64,000 nt of DNA from Octopus vulgaris (GCA_951406725.2 OX597818.1:69316001-69380000), one strand, 5' to 3'. Shown: positions 1 to 12,294, numbered from the stretch's first letter. A program made the numbers and translations. Notes: a model not told the origin generated them from the sequence alone.

Positions 1-4
1 TAAA

Positions 5-87
<83 letters not shown>
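1..87. repeat. (TAA)n microsatellite
   Basis: Direct read of the TAA array. Confidence 0.95.
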
Positions 88-89
<2 letters not shown>

Positions 90-284
90 TATCACCAGTG
101 GGGTGGGTGAGTGGATGCTGTCACTGCTGCTGCTGTTGCTGCTGCTGCTGATTGAGAAGATGTAAAATAAGCAAGAAAAATATGCCTAAAAGAGAGAGGT
201 GGGGGAAAGAGGGAACACAACCAAATTTAGTTGTTTAAATATAGAAAATAAAATATTTCGTAAAACAGCCAGGGAAGTTGATAT

Positions 285-790
285 ACTTCACACAGATATT
301 AGAGAAAGTGAGACTGGGGTACCCTGTGGAAAATGGAGGCAAGTTAACTCACCTGTCATATATGGACGACTTAAAATCTTTGGGAAAAGTGAACATAAAA
401 TAAATTGTCTGATCTCAACAGAGCAGAAATTTAGTAAGGATATCAGGATGGAGTTACGTGAGTGGGTAACAAAGAACTGGAAAAGATGGAAATGTAGAAG
501 CTACTAGAAGACAAAATTGCATGAATGTGTGTAATGAAGGGATTAAGATCCATTCCAGTAGTTGTAGGTGGGGTCGGGTACTGGCAGCACTAACAACCTG
601 GTTTGAAAAATATGTTGGAGAAACTGAAATTCACATGAGAGAAGAACATGCTCAGAAGACCAGTTTTGGTGGGAGAAGAAGAATTTTGAGATTGGTATCA
701 TGGAAAGAGGTTCCATGAGAATTTTGACAACGGCTTGTTGTCTGTTGTAAGAGAATTAGCCAGAGCAAGTAAAAGCAAGATCTCTGGGAA
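285..790 (+). mobile_element. Internally deleted, decayed R4/Dong-type (RLE) non-LTR retrotransposon
   Basis: Frame reads GYPVENGGKLTHLSYMDDLK (YMDD at 359-370), then frameshifts to IFGKSEHKINCLIST..FSKDIRME. It jumps directly to an RLE C-terminus (IPVVVG...FEKYVGETEIHMREEHAQKTSFGGRRRILRLV). Same clade as 63499-64000. Confidence 0.8.
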
Positions 791-820
791 ATAAACTGGA
801 AAGAAATGATGACATAAAAA

Positions 821-1328
821 TGTAAGTAGGACCAACTGGCGCTAACAGTGGAGTTCCTGGTTTTAATGAAACTTCCTTAAATGTACACTTGTTCAAAATG
901 CTTTAAACATACATATATATATATACATACTAATACACATGACACAAAACACACACAAACACACTGACACTGATATACACAATCTAAAACATATTGATAT
1001 AGAAATATGGAATGGCATTAGTAGTGATATCTTATGTCTGAGGAACATCTCCAGAGAGTCTTTAAAAACAAAGGGCTTCACCTTCATATTTTGATGTATA
1101 TTTGTGTAAGATTGTGTATGTCAGTGTCAGTGTGTGTGTGTGTATGAGTTAGTGTGTATATGTGTGTATGGGTTAGTGTGTATATGTGTGTATGTTAGAT
1201 TAAATGTGTGTATTATTTTGTGTAATGTGTCTATATGTGTGTTCAAAGCATTTTGCATTAGTGTACATTTAAAGCAGTTTCATTGAAACCAGGAGCTGCA
1301 CTAATGACACCAGTTGGTCATACTTACA
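821..1328. mobile_element. Foldback/MITE-like element with ~200-bp imperfect inverted arms
   Basis: tgtaagtaggaccaactggcgc...aaatgtacacttgttcaaaatgcttt (from 821) matches the reverse complement of ~1245-1328. Inner cacactgacactgatatacacaatct matches the reverse complement of ~1109-1134. Spacer is about 60 bp. Confidence 0.8.
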
Positions 1329-1371
1329 AGCTTACATTTTTGTAGTATTGTTATTTCTTGCCATTTTACTT

Positions 1372-1680
1372 CTGTCAGTTACAACGATGAGGGATCCAGT
1401 TTATCCAATCAGCAGAACAGACTACTCATGAAATTAATGTGCAAGTGGTTGAGTACCCCACAGACATACAGTCCCTTAATGTGGTTCTGAGTGAGATTGA
1501 GCATGACACAAAATGTGACAAGGTCGGCCCTTTGAATTACAAGTACAAATCTTTATTTTATTTTTTTCTTACAAGCTGAGTCGACTGGAGCAATGTAAAA
1601 TAAAGTGTCTTGTTCAAGAACTCACTGCATTGCTGAGAATCGAACTCATGACCTCACAATTGTGAGCTAAATACCCTTAC
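1372..1680 (-). mobile_element. tRNA-derived SINE, family C (decayed copy)
   Basis: Reverse complement of the 28667-29040 element. Further copies at ~12705-13031(-), ~44072-44395(+) and ~47050-47358(+). Confidence 0.8.
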
Positions 1681-1911
1681 CATATTAGTATAAACACTAT
1701 AAATATCAGACATCCTGCGATTTTAATCTGAAACTATTTCAGGTGTGTATTTATTTGTAACCTGGCTAACTTTTGCATGAATTAGTAAATTTCTGTATCA
1801 GAACAAAAATGTTTGCCTTAGCTCAGGATACAGTTCTATATTTAAGGGATGAGGAATTATGTACTTTATTCACATTTGACGGATATTTGTCCTCATCTTG
1901 TTTGTTGTTAG

Positions 1912-1953
1912 CACAACGTTTTGGCTGATAGACCCTCCAGCCTTCATCAGGTT
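1912..1953 (-). ncRNA. Minimal type I hammerhead ribozyme motif, PLE-like (G12 mutated)
   Basis: Minus strand reads AC CUGAUGA A GGCUG-loop-CAGCC AAAAC GUU GU, with a 5-bp stem II and palindromic AACGUU stem III. Confidence 0.65.
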
Positions 1954-2000
1954 TCTTGGGGAAATTTTGAACCCGGATTCTCATTCCTAAGGTATTTTTC

Positions 2001-2533
2001 CAAGTCTGGCTTCAAGATCAGCACAGAGGAGTATCTGACATCCTGAAGAACCCTCTGTTACCTTGGATGGAGAAGGAGTTTGGGCTTGACAATATGGTGT
2101 ATATCCAGGATTCTGCACGAAGGCATGGGTCAAAAGCAACACAGGCCGTCCTTGGTGAGAAGGGGCCTTTGTTTTGTCAAGGCCAAAATCCAGCCCAGTA
2201 ATAGCCCAGACTTCAATATTCTCAATACCCTTTTATGGGGTGGACTTCAAGCAAGGCCCAATGCTTCACCACACTCAAGTGTCAACAGTTTGAAGACCTG
2301 CATTGTGCGTGTAACATGCAAAATCAAAAGGGCGGAGGTTGTGGCAGCCGCAAAATAATTTCGTTCTCGTGTGGAAGCAGAAATTGTCCAGAAGAGTGGC
2401 CATGTTGAGTGATAAATGTTCTTCTTGTAATAAATGTTACATTAAAATTATATCTGTCTGCTGCCATTATTTTAGTATTTATAACCAGTTTTATGCATCA
2501 TGAAAATTGTCTCAATTTACCTGTAAGGTCCTG
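2001..2533 (+). mobile_element. Tc1/mariner-superfamily (maT-like) transposase 3' relic with right end
   Basis: LLPWMEKEFGLDNMVYIQDSA, QPSNSPDFNILNTLLWG and PHSSVNSLK...FRSRVEA...GHVE*, with frameshifts. Ends ...ggtcctg|TA. Confidence 0.85.
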
Positions 2534-2534
2534 T

Positions 2535-2802
<268 letters not shown>

Positions 2803-3279
2803 ATGCTTATGTCTGCTGATTATTTGCAGCATTAGTGTCTGTAAGGATGCTGCTATTTTATATATTGTAGCAGTAAGATGTGAGACTGACATATGTTGAC
2901 TGAATGAAATCCCATGGGGATTCCAGCACCCATGCTGGAGGATATTCGTCTGCTATGATCTATGTGTGTGTGCGTGTGCTTTTTATGTACCAAGCGCCCA
3001 TGTCAGAGAATCTCTCAAGGTTAATAACACAGTTCTTGGTGTACTAACAAGACAACCACATTAAGTTGGATGGAAAGATGTGTGTTTGTGTGTGTATAAA
3101 AAACCTGGGACACTCATTGTAGTTAGATGTAGGTGTGTATATATCAACATGTAAGTGTATGTATATAAATGTGTGTGTATATATGTATATATGTGTGTGC
3201 ATGTTGCCATGATAGATCGGTAGCCACTACACACATTTTTTTCTCTCCTTCTTTTCCTCTCCTTGTTTTTTTCTGTGTC

Positions 3280-3317
3280 TCTTTCTGTAGAAGAGCATAG
3301 GATCGAAACGTAAAATA
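3280..3317 (+). ncRNA. Degenerate minimal hammerhead-like motif in a T-rich PLE-terminus-like repeat (~3200-3405)
   Basis: UCUUU CUGUAGA A GAGC-AUAG-GAUC GAAAC GUA AAAUA. A6 is replaced by U and stem II has one mismatch. Confidence 0.5.
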
Positions 3318-4233
3318 CTTTTTCTATTCCTGAGCGTTATACTAATACATCTGTTTGTTTTGTACACCACCTGTCTTCGTCTTTTGTTTTTTTCGTAAAC
3401 TCTCCATATATAGGTGTGTGTGTATGCATATGTTTATGAGAGTATGTGTTATATTCATCTGCATGTATGCATACTTGCGTGCTTTTAATGTCCTTTGTAT
3501 TAGATGTGCATTTCTGTTTTTCAGGTGGGCCTAATACACATCCAATGCGCATCCATCTTTCCGGTGGTCCTAACTGCTTTATGACATCAATGATGGTTGC
3601 ACACGAGTTTCATAAAGGGTTAATCATTTCCAGTCTTCCATGAAAAACACATTTGTTCATGGGGAAATAATACCTTGCTTGGATAGAGGTAAATGTTGGT
3701 GATCGGAAAGGCATCCAACCATTGTAAGTGTGTGTCAATGAATTTCAGTCAAAGCTTTGAAATCAGGGCAAAGGGAATAATTAAAATGGTGATACTGATG
3801 TTGATAATTATGATAGTAATGATCACGACATTACAACAATGATGATGATGAGGATGATAATGATGACAGTGATAATAGTCATGAGGACCATCATCATCAT
3901 CATTTAATGTCCATTTTCCATGCTGGCTTGGGTTGGACAGTTTGGCAAGGATGGAGAGCTGTGACCGGCTTCATTGTCTGCTCTGGCATGTGTTCTATGG
4001 CTGCATGCCCTTCCTAACACCAACCAGTTTACAGATTGTACTGGATGTCTTTTATGTGGCACCAGCACCAGGGGAGGTTGTCGAGGAACTTGTAAAACAA
4101 AGCACCTCTTAGTTGAGAGAGGAATTGGAACCAAGAAAAGTGGCCGCGGGTCACATGAGACATTAGACTATAATAGAGGGACAGAGGTAGACGTCTTACG
4201 ATAGAGATAATACTTGGCTACCACTGTAGGAAG

Positions 4234-4854
4234 ACGACAATGATGCTGATGATGCTGGTGGTGGTGATGGTGATGGTGATGGTGGTAGTGGTGGTGGTGG
4301 TGATGGTATTGATGATGATGGTGTCGGTGGTGGTGATGATGATGATGATGACGATGACAATGACAATGATGATGGTGGTGGTGGTGGTAGTGGTAGTGAT
4401 GGTGGTGGTGATGATGATGACGATGATGATTATGATGAGGATGATGGTGGTGCTGGTTGTGGTGATGATGATGATAATGATGATGATGTTATGACGATGA
4501 GAGAAGAGAAGAAGGTTGTGTGTAAGTCGATATGCCACCCAAATTTCATGTCCTTACACTTATTTTAGCTCCAATGAAGGCCACTTGCGAGGGGACTAGC
4601 AATCTTGTAGTGATTCATCTAGCTACTACTACTACTACTACTACTAGCACCACTTCTACTACTACTACTACTACCACCACCACCACCACCACCACTACCA
4701 CTACTACCTCCACCACTACTACTACCACTACTACCACCACCACCACCACCACCCACCACCACCACCACCACCACCACCACCACCACCACCACCACTATTA
4801 CTACTACTACTACTACCAGTCACTGCATCATTCTCAATCTGACCCTACTTTCAT

Positions 4855-4888
<34 letters not shown>

Positions 4889-5333
4889 GGAATCTACTAA
4901 AATTAATTCAAGACAGACGTAACTTCCAAACCTAATCCAGGCGACCCCTTTACAGCGTCCCTCTCTTCATTTACCAGCCGCACACAGGTTTATCGCTGGT
5001 TTATTCAGAAATTGAATCCGCAATAAACGCAAACAACATGTCCTCTACTTATAACTCTTTTGTAAAACGTATTTTCACCCGAAATGTTGGAATAAAAATA
5101 AATGTTTTCTGGTGAGGAGTTCATTTTTCTTTTCTTATTTATTTTTAATATTTCTTCTACTGTGTTGCAGTGTTTTATGTGCATATACACCATGTGCATG
5201 CATGCACACAAACACTCACGTATGTATACGTGTGTGTTTGTGAATGCATGTATATATATATATATGTGTGTTGTGTGTGTGTGTGTGTGTGTCAGTATGT
5301 GTATCCATATATATATAGATGTATATTTATCTA

Positions 5334-5402
<69 letters not shown>

Positions 5403-5427
5403 GTTTGTATGTATATATATATATGTA

Positions 5428-5460
<33 letters not shown>

Positions 5461-5493
5461 ATGTATGTATGTATGTATATATATATATATGTA

Positions 5494-5525
<32 letters not shown>

Positions 5526-5664
5526 CATGTCTGAGTGTGTGTGTGTGTGTGTACATGCATACATATGTATGTGTGTCTGATACGAACTAGAGAAAATTTA
5601 TAGTGAAAATCTGAAAGCAAAATATAATGCTTTTCAGTTAACATAAACTTACGGTGACCTATAA

Positions 5665-5699
<35 letters not shown>

Positions 5700-5737
5700 T
5701 AATAATAATAATAATGATAACAATAATAATAATAATG

Positions 5738-5774
<37 letters not shown>

Positions 5775-5960
5775 TAACAATAATAATAATAATGATAATA
5801 ATAACAGCAACAATGAGAATGATTATAGGAACAACAGCTACTACAATAGCTACACATACTCATATAGATACAACATGCATACATACACACATGCTTACAT
5901 ACACACATGCACACATACATACGTACATACATGCATGCATATATGCACACATGTATAGAT
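4234..5960. repeat. Cluster of microsatellites: (GAT/GGT)n, (CTA/CCA)n, (TA/TATG)n, (AAT)n
   Basis: Direct read; this explains the poly-M/V/T/H/Y/I pseudo-ORFs. Confidence 0.95.
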
Positions 5961-8900
5961 GTATACATGGAAACCTAGATACATCAGTGTATCTTCAGTT
6001 TTTTCGCTTTGAGTAATAAAACCATAAATTTTTCAGAAATATCTCTGTTCTTGGAGAGTTAAAATGTATTTTCAGTACATTTCTTGTGTAATGAGTAGAA
6101 TAATGTTTATAAAATTTTCTATTCCGGTTCTTGGAATAATAATGTCTCTCTCTTAAAAGGAATATCCAAGCATCTAGTTTCCATTTTCTGCTTCATTATC
6201 ATAGCTTTTTACATGGCAAGGCATTTGGAATACTGTTGCACATGCTTGGAACGTATGCAGGGACACACTTGGCTTCCACCCATGCCAGCACGGAACATGG
6301 ACGCTACAGGATGAGGAGGCTAATGACGAAGATAACGATGACACACTACCAAAGCTACAGATTACAAAAGTTTATTGGTGCCGTTGTTTTTGTTGTTGTT
6401 GTTGCTGCTGCTGCTGTTGTTGTTACTGTTATTGTTGTTGTTGTTGTTGTTTTTGTTGTTGTTGTTGTTGTTGTTGTTAAGCAACAAGACGGGTAAGGGT
6501 GATTAGGTGATGGTCTAGGGCTTAGGGGCGGGAGACCCCAGACCTTGGAAAAAAAAAAAAACTTTGGTCGTCTTGTTGTAGTCGAGGGCTCTTCGTTGAT
6601 GCCCGACACCACTGGGAGGTGGTCCTCGAAGTCGCTGGAAATGGAAATCTCCAGGTCCAAATTCTTGGATGGCTGCTGTTGTTGTTGTTGCTGTTATCGT
6701 CGTTATTTGTTGTTGTTGTTGTTGCTGCTGCTGTTGTTGTTGTTACTGTTATTGTTGTTGAAAATCTCCTCCACAAATCAGTTACGAAACAGTTGTAAAG
6801 ACAGACACCAGTAAAATGTTCTAAGTGTTGTTGCTGATGTTTAACCCTGAGACAGCTCTGACTGATTGAACAGACTTATGATCAAAAGCATTCCAGCTTT
6901 GGCCATCCAATCATTTTGTCTCTCTAGGAAATACATTATCCAGTGGTGGTGGTGGTGGTGGTGATGGTGGTGGTAGCTGTAGCAGCAGCAGCAGCAGCAG
7001 CAGATTTTGTTGTTGTTAATCAACATTTCTGCTACCCTTCATGTGTGAGACTGGGTGTGTGTGTGTGTGTGTGTATGTGTGTGTGTGTGTGTTTTCCAAA
7101 TGAGTAAATATATCTCCATAACCAGAAATGTTTCCATGGAAGATTGGAGCTTATGGCAAGCTATTGACACATACAGTTTGCCCAATATAACTGGAAACAA
7201 CTGAGCTATATTCGTTGGGACAGAGGTCCTTTGTCAACTGTTTGAGCTGCATGTATGGGCCATCCGGTGTGGCATGATTGGAGACACATCTCACTTGGCT
7301 GCCTCAGCTTTCTACAACAAATTACTGCCAGAAAAGGCCTTTTACAATGCACAAGAAGAAGAAGAGTTTAGAAGATTGAATAATTTGATGGTTTAGCACC
7401 AATTGGTAGCTTAATAGACTGAGGCCTTGAAACACTCACGATGTCAGACCAGTTAGCCTGGGATTCAGTTTCGAATCCCCACGACAGCAATATGCAAATC
7501 TAAGATTCTGTGAGAACAATTTACCAGTGGTTACAAAAGTAAAACAATCACAAAATATCAAACAAAATATTTACCTAACGATTTGTCCCTTGTTGAGACA
7601 ATGTGCTTTTGTGCACTCCAGCAGAATGGAGACTCAGTGGTTGAGTATTTTCATAATACCATTTCAATCAGTACTTTTGATGTTCACCCATACTACAGCA
7701 TATTGCTATAGTGTGAAATGAAAAGACAGTTCAACACAAGAATTTAATTAGTTCTCTATTTGTTTGAGACAACTAGGCTAGAAATCAGGAATTTTATATA
7801 ATGAGCAATCATAAATATTTGTAGAAAATATAAATCAATTCTTTCATTTTTCTTTTGTTTGTTTTTGCTTTGGTTTTGTTGTTTCTCTCTTCTAAAATAT
7901 TCTTCGAGTGGAAATGGTTTGTCGTAATTAGATTCTTTATATTCAAAATTTTAATTCCAATATTTTATTAAAGATACGTTGTTGATATGCTTATTTAAAC
8001 ATATGCCAACTTGGTATTGTATTCTGCTGCCAGACAATAATAATCAATTTCTCACAGTCGTTTTTTTGTTGCTGTTGTTGTTGTGGAAAATTAATGCAAG
8101 ACACAGCATTCAGGCTAAATGATGTTTTGAAAGACATCCAACAGTGAAATAGACGTTGTTGTGAAGGGTTTACAATTGTTAAGTAACTGATTGTTGCGAA
8201 AGACAACAGTTTTTAAATAGCATCTGTTTTAAATGAATATAAACTAAAATAAGGACGTAGAGATTTGTTTTTAACACACTCCTGTACAGCAGAACATAAA
8301 AGGCATTGGGTACAGGATTTCGTCTTGAAAAAAGAGAGAGATTTTCTTTCTCTAGACTTTGAGCATAAAAATTATTATACCGAGCTCCAAGTGATATCAG
8401 CAGACGACCAGGTACCAAGTTTCAGTGTGAGTTTCACTCTTCAGTAACAGATATGTTCTCAGTCATTTGGAACTAAGACAGAACTTCTGTTCCTCTATGT
8501 AGAGAAGAGCAAACAATAGATTTGCTGGTGTTCTGAAACTTTCCAGGTTGCAATTAATTTGGAAGTAACATATAATGCAACAAGGATCAAAATAAACATG
8601 TTTACCTTATTGTTAACATGTGTCTGTACACTAGAATATGGAAGGAGTTTTCTGCCAGGTTGTGTCTAATCGAAAGATAATTCTTTCTATGGAATATTGG
8701 TCATAAAAACACATTGAGGTCCAAGTGATGTCAGTGGACTGCCAGACACAGTGTTTCAGAGTGATTTTGTCTCTTCAGAGCTGAGACATAAATAAATGTT
8801 TACATTTTTATTTTGTTTCTTCCTCTTTCATGAGCATATACTAAAATAGAAATGCCAGAGGATTCTTTTTTCCCCTTTACATGAGCTTTAAACATAAATG

Positions 8901-9479
8901 TCTTAGTCTCAGGTAATTACAGCCTGCTATACAGCTTGCTCTCAGCAGGCCTATAGAGCTTGATGTCATCAGTTTAGATAAATCAAATCTTCACCAAAGT
9001 TCCTATATTCTTCACCAAACTTATTTATTTTGATCATTTTCTTGTTGTTTGAAGCAGCTGCAACTGAGATGCATTTCACTTTGCCTTACCAAGATTCCCT
9101 GTCCTCCATTAACTTTGGTAAATTCTCAAAATCCCTTGTTGTGTGTCTATGACAAAAATATCTTTTATTTGGGGATGGAAACCTGCAAAGTACAATGCTT
9201 AACAGGATCTGTTGCAGGGGCCAAGGCTCCCAGAACTTTGATCAACCAGTTCTCAATCTAGTAACTATACTTCCAGAGCAACCACCACCACCACCACCAC
9301 CAACCCTCGCTAATTACATCTACCAACTAATGAAAGCTACCAACTACTTCTGATGAGCTGTGTGGGTAGTTAAGAAACACAATTTCTTAGGTGCTCATAC
9401 AAACTGCTCTGCTGCATATAAAGCTTATATTTTTTGATAATCTGCAAGTGATTCCACTTTGTCTCTCCTGTGTTCCTAG

Positions 9480-10180
9480 CTTACATCAATTTATGTCTAC
9501 TCCATTTCTACATACTGAGCAAGCCCATTTCCCCAAAGGTACCAGGGTCCTGTCTTCCCCAAAGGTACCAGGGTCCTGTCTTCTTTCCTACTTATTATAA
9601 CTCTTGTCTTGGCTGCATTTATCTTAAGGCCTCTCAATTCTAGGTTTAGCCTCCATGCCTGGAATTTCTTCTCTAATTCCACTATGGATTCAGTTATGAG
9701 AATTAATTTGCTAGGATAAAGGAGTTCCCATTGATAGCCAGCCTTAAACTCCTTTGTGATGGTCTGTAAGATTATGATGAATAGGAAAGGACTGCACTTG
9801 GTGAACTCCTACCTTCACATGAAATTCATCGCTGAACCCATTGCCATTTCTCACTTTTACTTGTTCATAGTTTGAACCACCCACACAGACCGTTCATCTG
9901 ATCCTTAATTTCCTCAGTGTCCACCAGATTACCAAATGTGTTATCCCGTCAAATGCTTTCTCCAAATCAACCAAAACCCAGATATTCCGGTTTAGTCTTC
10001 TTTATTTATTCTCAGCCAGGGGTTTCTTATTTCTCCTGTCATTGCTTCATTACAAAGAATGCATCAGCGACACTTCTTCCAAGGACGAAGCTAAACTGCT
10101 TACCATCAAAGTCTACTCTATCACAGACCAATTGGGCAATGACTCTCTCCATGGCCTTCACAACTCAATCTCAAACAAAG
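9480..10180 (-). mobile_element. Decayed RTE-clade LINE RT fragment
   Basis: ELEKKFQAWRLNLELRGLKINAAKTRVIISRKEDRTL, homologous to the + strand copy at 21850-22835; many stops and frameshifts. Confidence 0.85.
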
Positions 10181-10448
10181 GTAAGACATATGAGATTATG
10201 TAGTCCAAGATACACTGTGTCAAAAACAAAAAAAAGAAGACTGTCACAAACAGAATGCTTATGAGAACATGTCTGCTCTTTTACAATGGATTTGGAGCGT
10301 CACAACAGTATCACCATTCTCAATATTAGCACAAGGAAATGCCAAGTACATTGTCTTTATGAGAGCATTTGAACTGCTTGAAATAGTAGCTAAATGTACA
10401 CTAAGTAGCACCCAGCCATCTTAAAAACAAATAATATATGCTAGTACA

Positions 10449-10662
10449 AAGACGGTGAGCTAGTAGAAGCATTAGTATCTCGGGCAAAATGCTTAGTGGT
10501 ATTTTGTCTGTCTTTATGTTCTGAGTTCAAATTCAGTCAAGATCAACTTTGCTTTTCATCCTTTCGGGGTCGATAAATGAAGTACCAATTGCATACTAGA
10601 GTCGATCTAATCACCTGGCCCCCTCCACAAAAATTTCAGGCCATGTGCCTAGAGTAGAAAAG
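10449..10662 (+). mobile_element. SINE family B (tRNA-like head, Deu/Nin-like central motif) with 16-bp TSD
   Basis: gagttcaaatt B-box-like motif and gcttttcatcctttcggggtcgataaatgaagtacc core. TSD aatatatgctagtaca at 10433-10448 and 10663-10678. Confidence 0.9.
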
Positions 10663-11149
10663 AATATATGCTAGTACACTATATCTTAAGCTATAAGACA
10701 GTATTTTTATATCACTAATATTTCAAACACATTTTTATTTCATTATTCAGTCAGTAAGTTCTGCTCTCTTGAGTATAATTCTACACCGAATGTTGCAGGA
10801 AATGTATGATTCCAAGTTTCAGTTTTCTTTTATAAATACCAAAAGAGATTATTCATTTTAATTCCACCAAAGCCTGTTTATATAACGAGCAGAAAGTACT
10901 AGAAAATTAACTGCATCATTACATTTGAAGAAGGCTGAAGGCAGATACATATATATGTGTTGCACTGTCTCATTGCTTGAAACAAAATGTTCCAACCAAG
11001 AATGATAAATATGTATATAAAATGTATACTTATCTTCAAGTGTGTATAACCAGATCTGTTTTAATTCACTCCAAACATATTACTTTATTAATATATGCAC
11101 TTGAAGCAGCTTCAGATTAAAATACGAATGTGTATAGTATTTATAATGT

Positions 11150-11625
11150 ATATGCAAGAATGGAATGTCACCAGCTGTAATATGTTGACTCAGAAAAACT
11201 TCTAAAAGAGACTTTTGTTACAAATGCACAGCTCACTCAGAATGTAATCGGTTGATGACCAGACATTGGTGCTTCGATGTAATTTGGTCTCCTGAATGGT
11301 AAACATCCCAGACATTCTGGGCTAAGCTGAAAAAATGCTTGTTTTGATATAGATATAGTAAACAAAACATTTACTTATTTCTGAGAACTCAAGCCCAGCC
11401 AGAATTAAGGTAATATCTGCCCTTTAAACAACATTAGATTAAAGTTATAGGTGTATATAACATATAATACTTGTATACAAATGCAGGAAGGCATTAGCTG
11501 TAAAAACTTGCTTTATAGAAATGTTAAAGAGACCTGTATGTTAAAACACAGGGCTTGCACAGAATGTCGATAAATCACAAGACACAAGGTTTCAACTTAA
11601 TTTCATCTCCTCAGTGATGAAATTT
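11150..11625 (-). repeat. Diverged tandem repeat (period 318 bp), each unit carrying a type I hammerhead motif
   Basis: HHR motifs at 11258-11300 and 11577-11618 on the minus strand. Flanking blocks align: agctgtaa, aaagagac, cagaatgt. Confidence 0.65.
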
Positions 11626-12294
11626 CTGTGTCTAGTACTCAGCAACAGAAATTTTCAATTCTTTAACTCTTTACCATTTTGATTCCTCTGTCGGATGTAA
11701 TGCATATTCATTCACACTGTTTTGAATTAATCATGCATTATCTCATAGCTTTGAGATTTTGATGATGTGATTGTTCATTTTCAGAATGTAATTGTAGAAA
11801 AGATGTGATAGACTAGATCTGGCAAGTTTGAATATAAAACAGATGAAATACTTGGCCTGATTTGGTCAGTTTAAATTCTCAATTCTTTAAAATTCCCTAC
11901 TAAATTTAATACACAAAGTTGATAATATTCTTGTTGAATCTTCGAAATTCTCGATTGCATTTTTAATACTTGTTGCACCTTTTGAAATCTGGCCGTTAAC
12001 TCTTCAAGTTTTTCTCACTCGTGCACAATTTTGCATGTAATGCAGCTGTTATCACGTGATTTCAAGTCTCAGCCTGTCAGCATAAACACAAGAGATAATT
12101 ACTTTTTAGCATTTTGATGAAGCCAGATGCTGACAAATTAGTTATCTCGTTACTACTGTTGGTGAAGGCTGAAGACATGCATACCCTGCGCTATCATTTG
12201 GCTAAGGACAAAGTGCTTCATTCATGAGTTTTGTGTGGGTGTGTGGATGGGTATGTGTGTGTGTGTGTGTGTCTGTGTGTGTATGTGTGCAAGA

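Noticed and set aside
9342-9390. CUGAUGA...GAAAC spacing suggestive of a hammerhead
   Set aside because: There is an extra UAA before GAAA, stem II is mostly G-U, and no stem I/III or cleavage triplet is in register.
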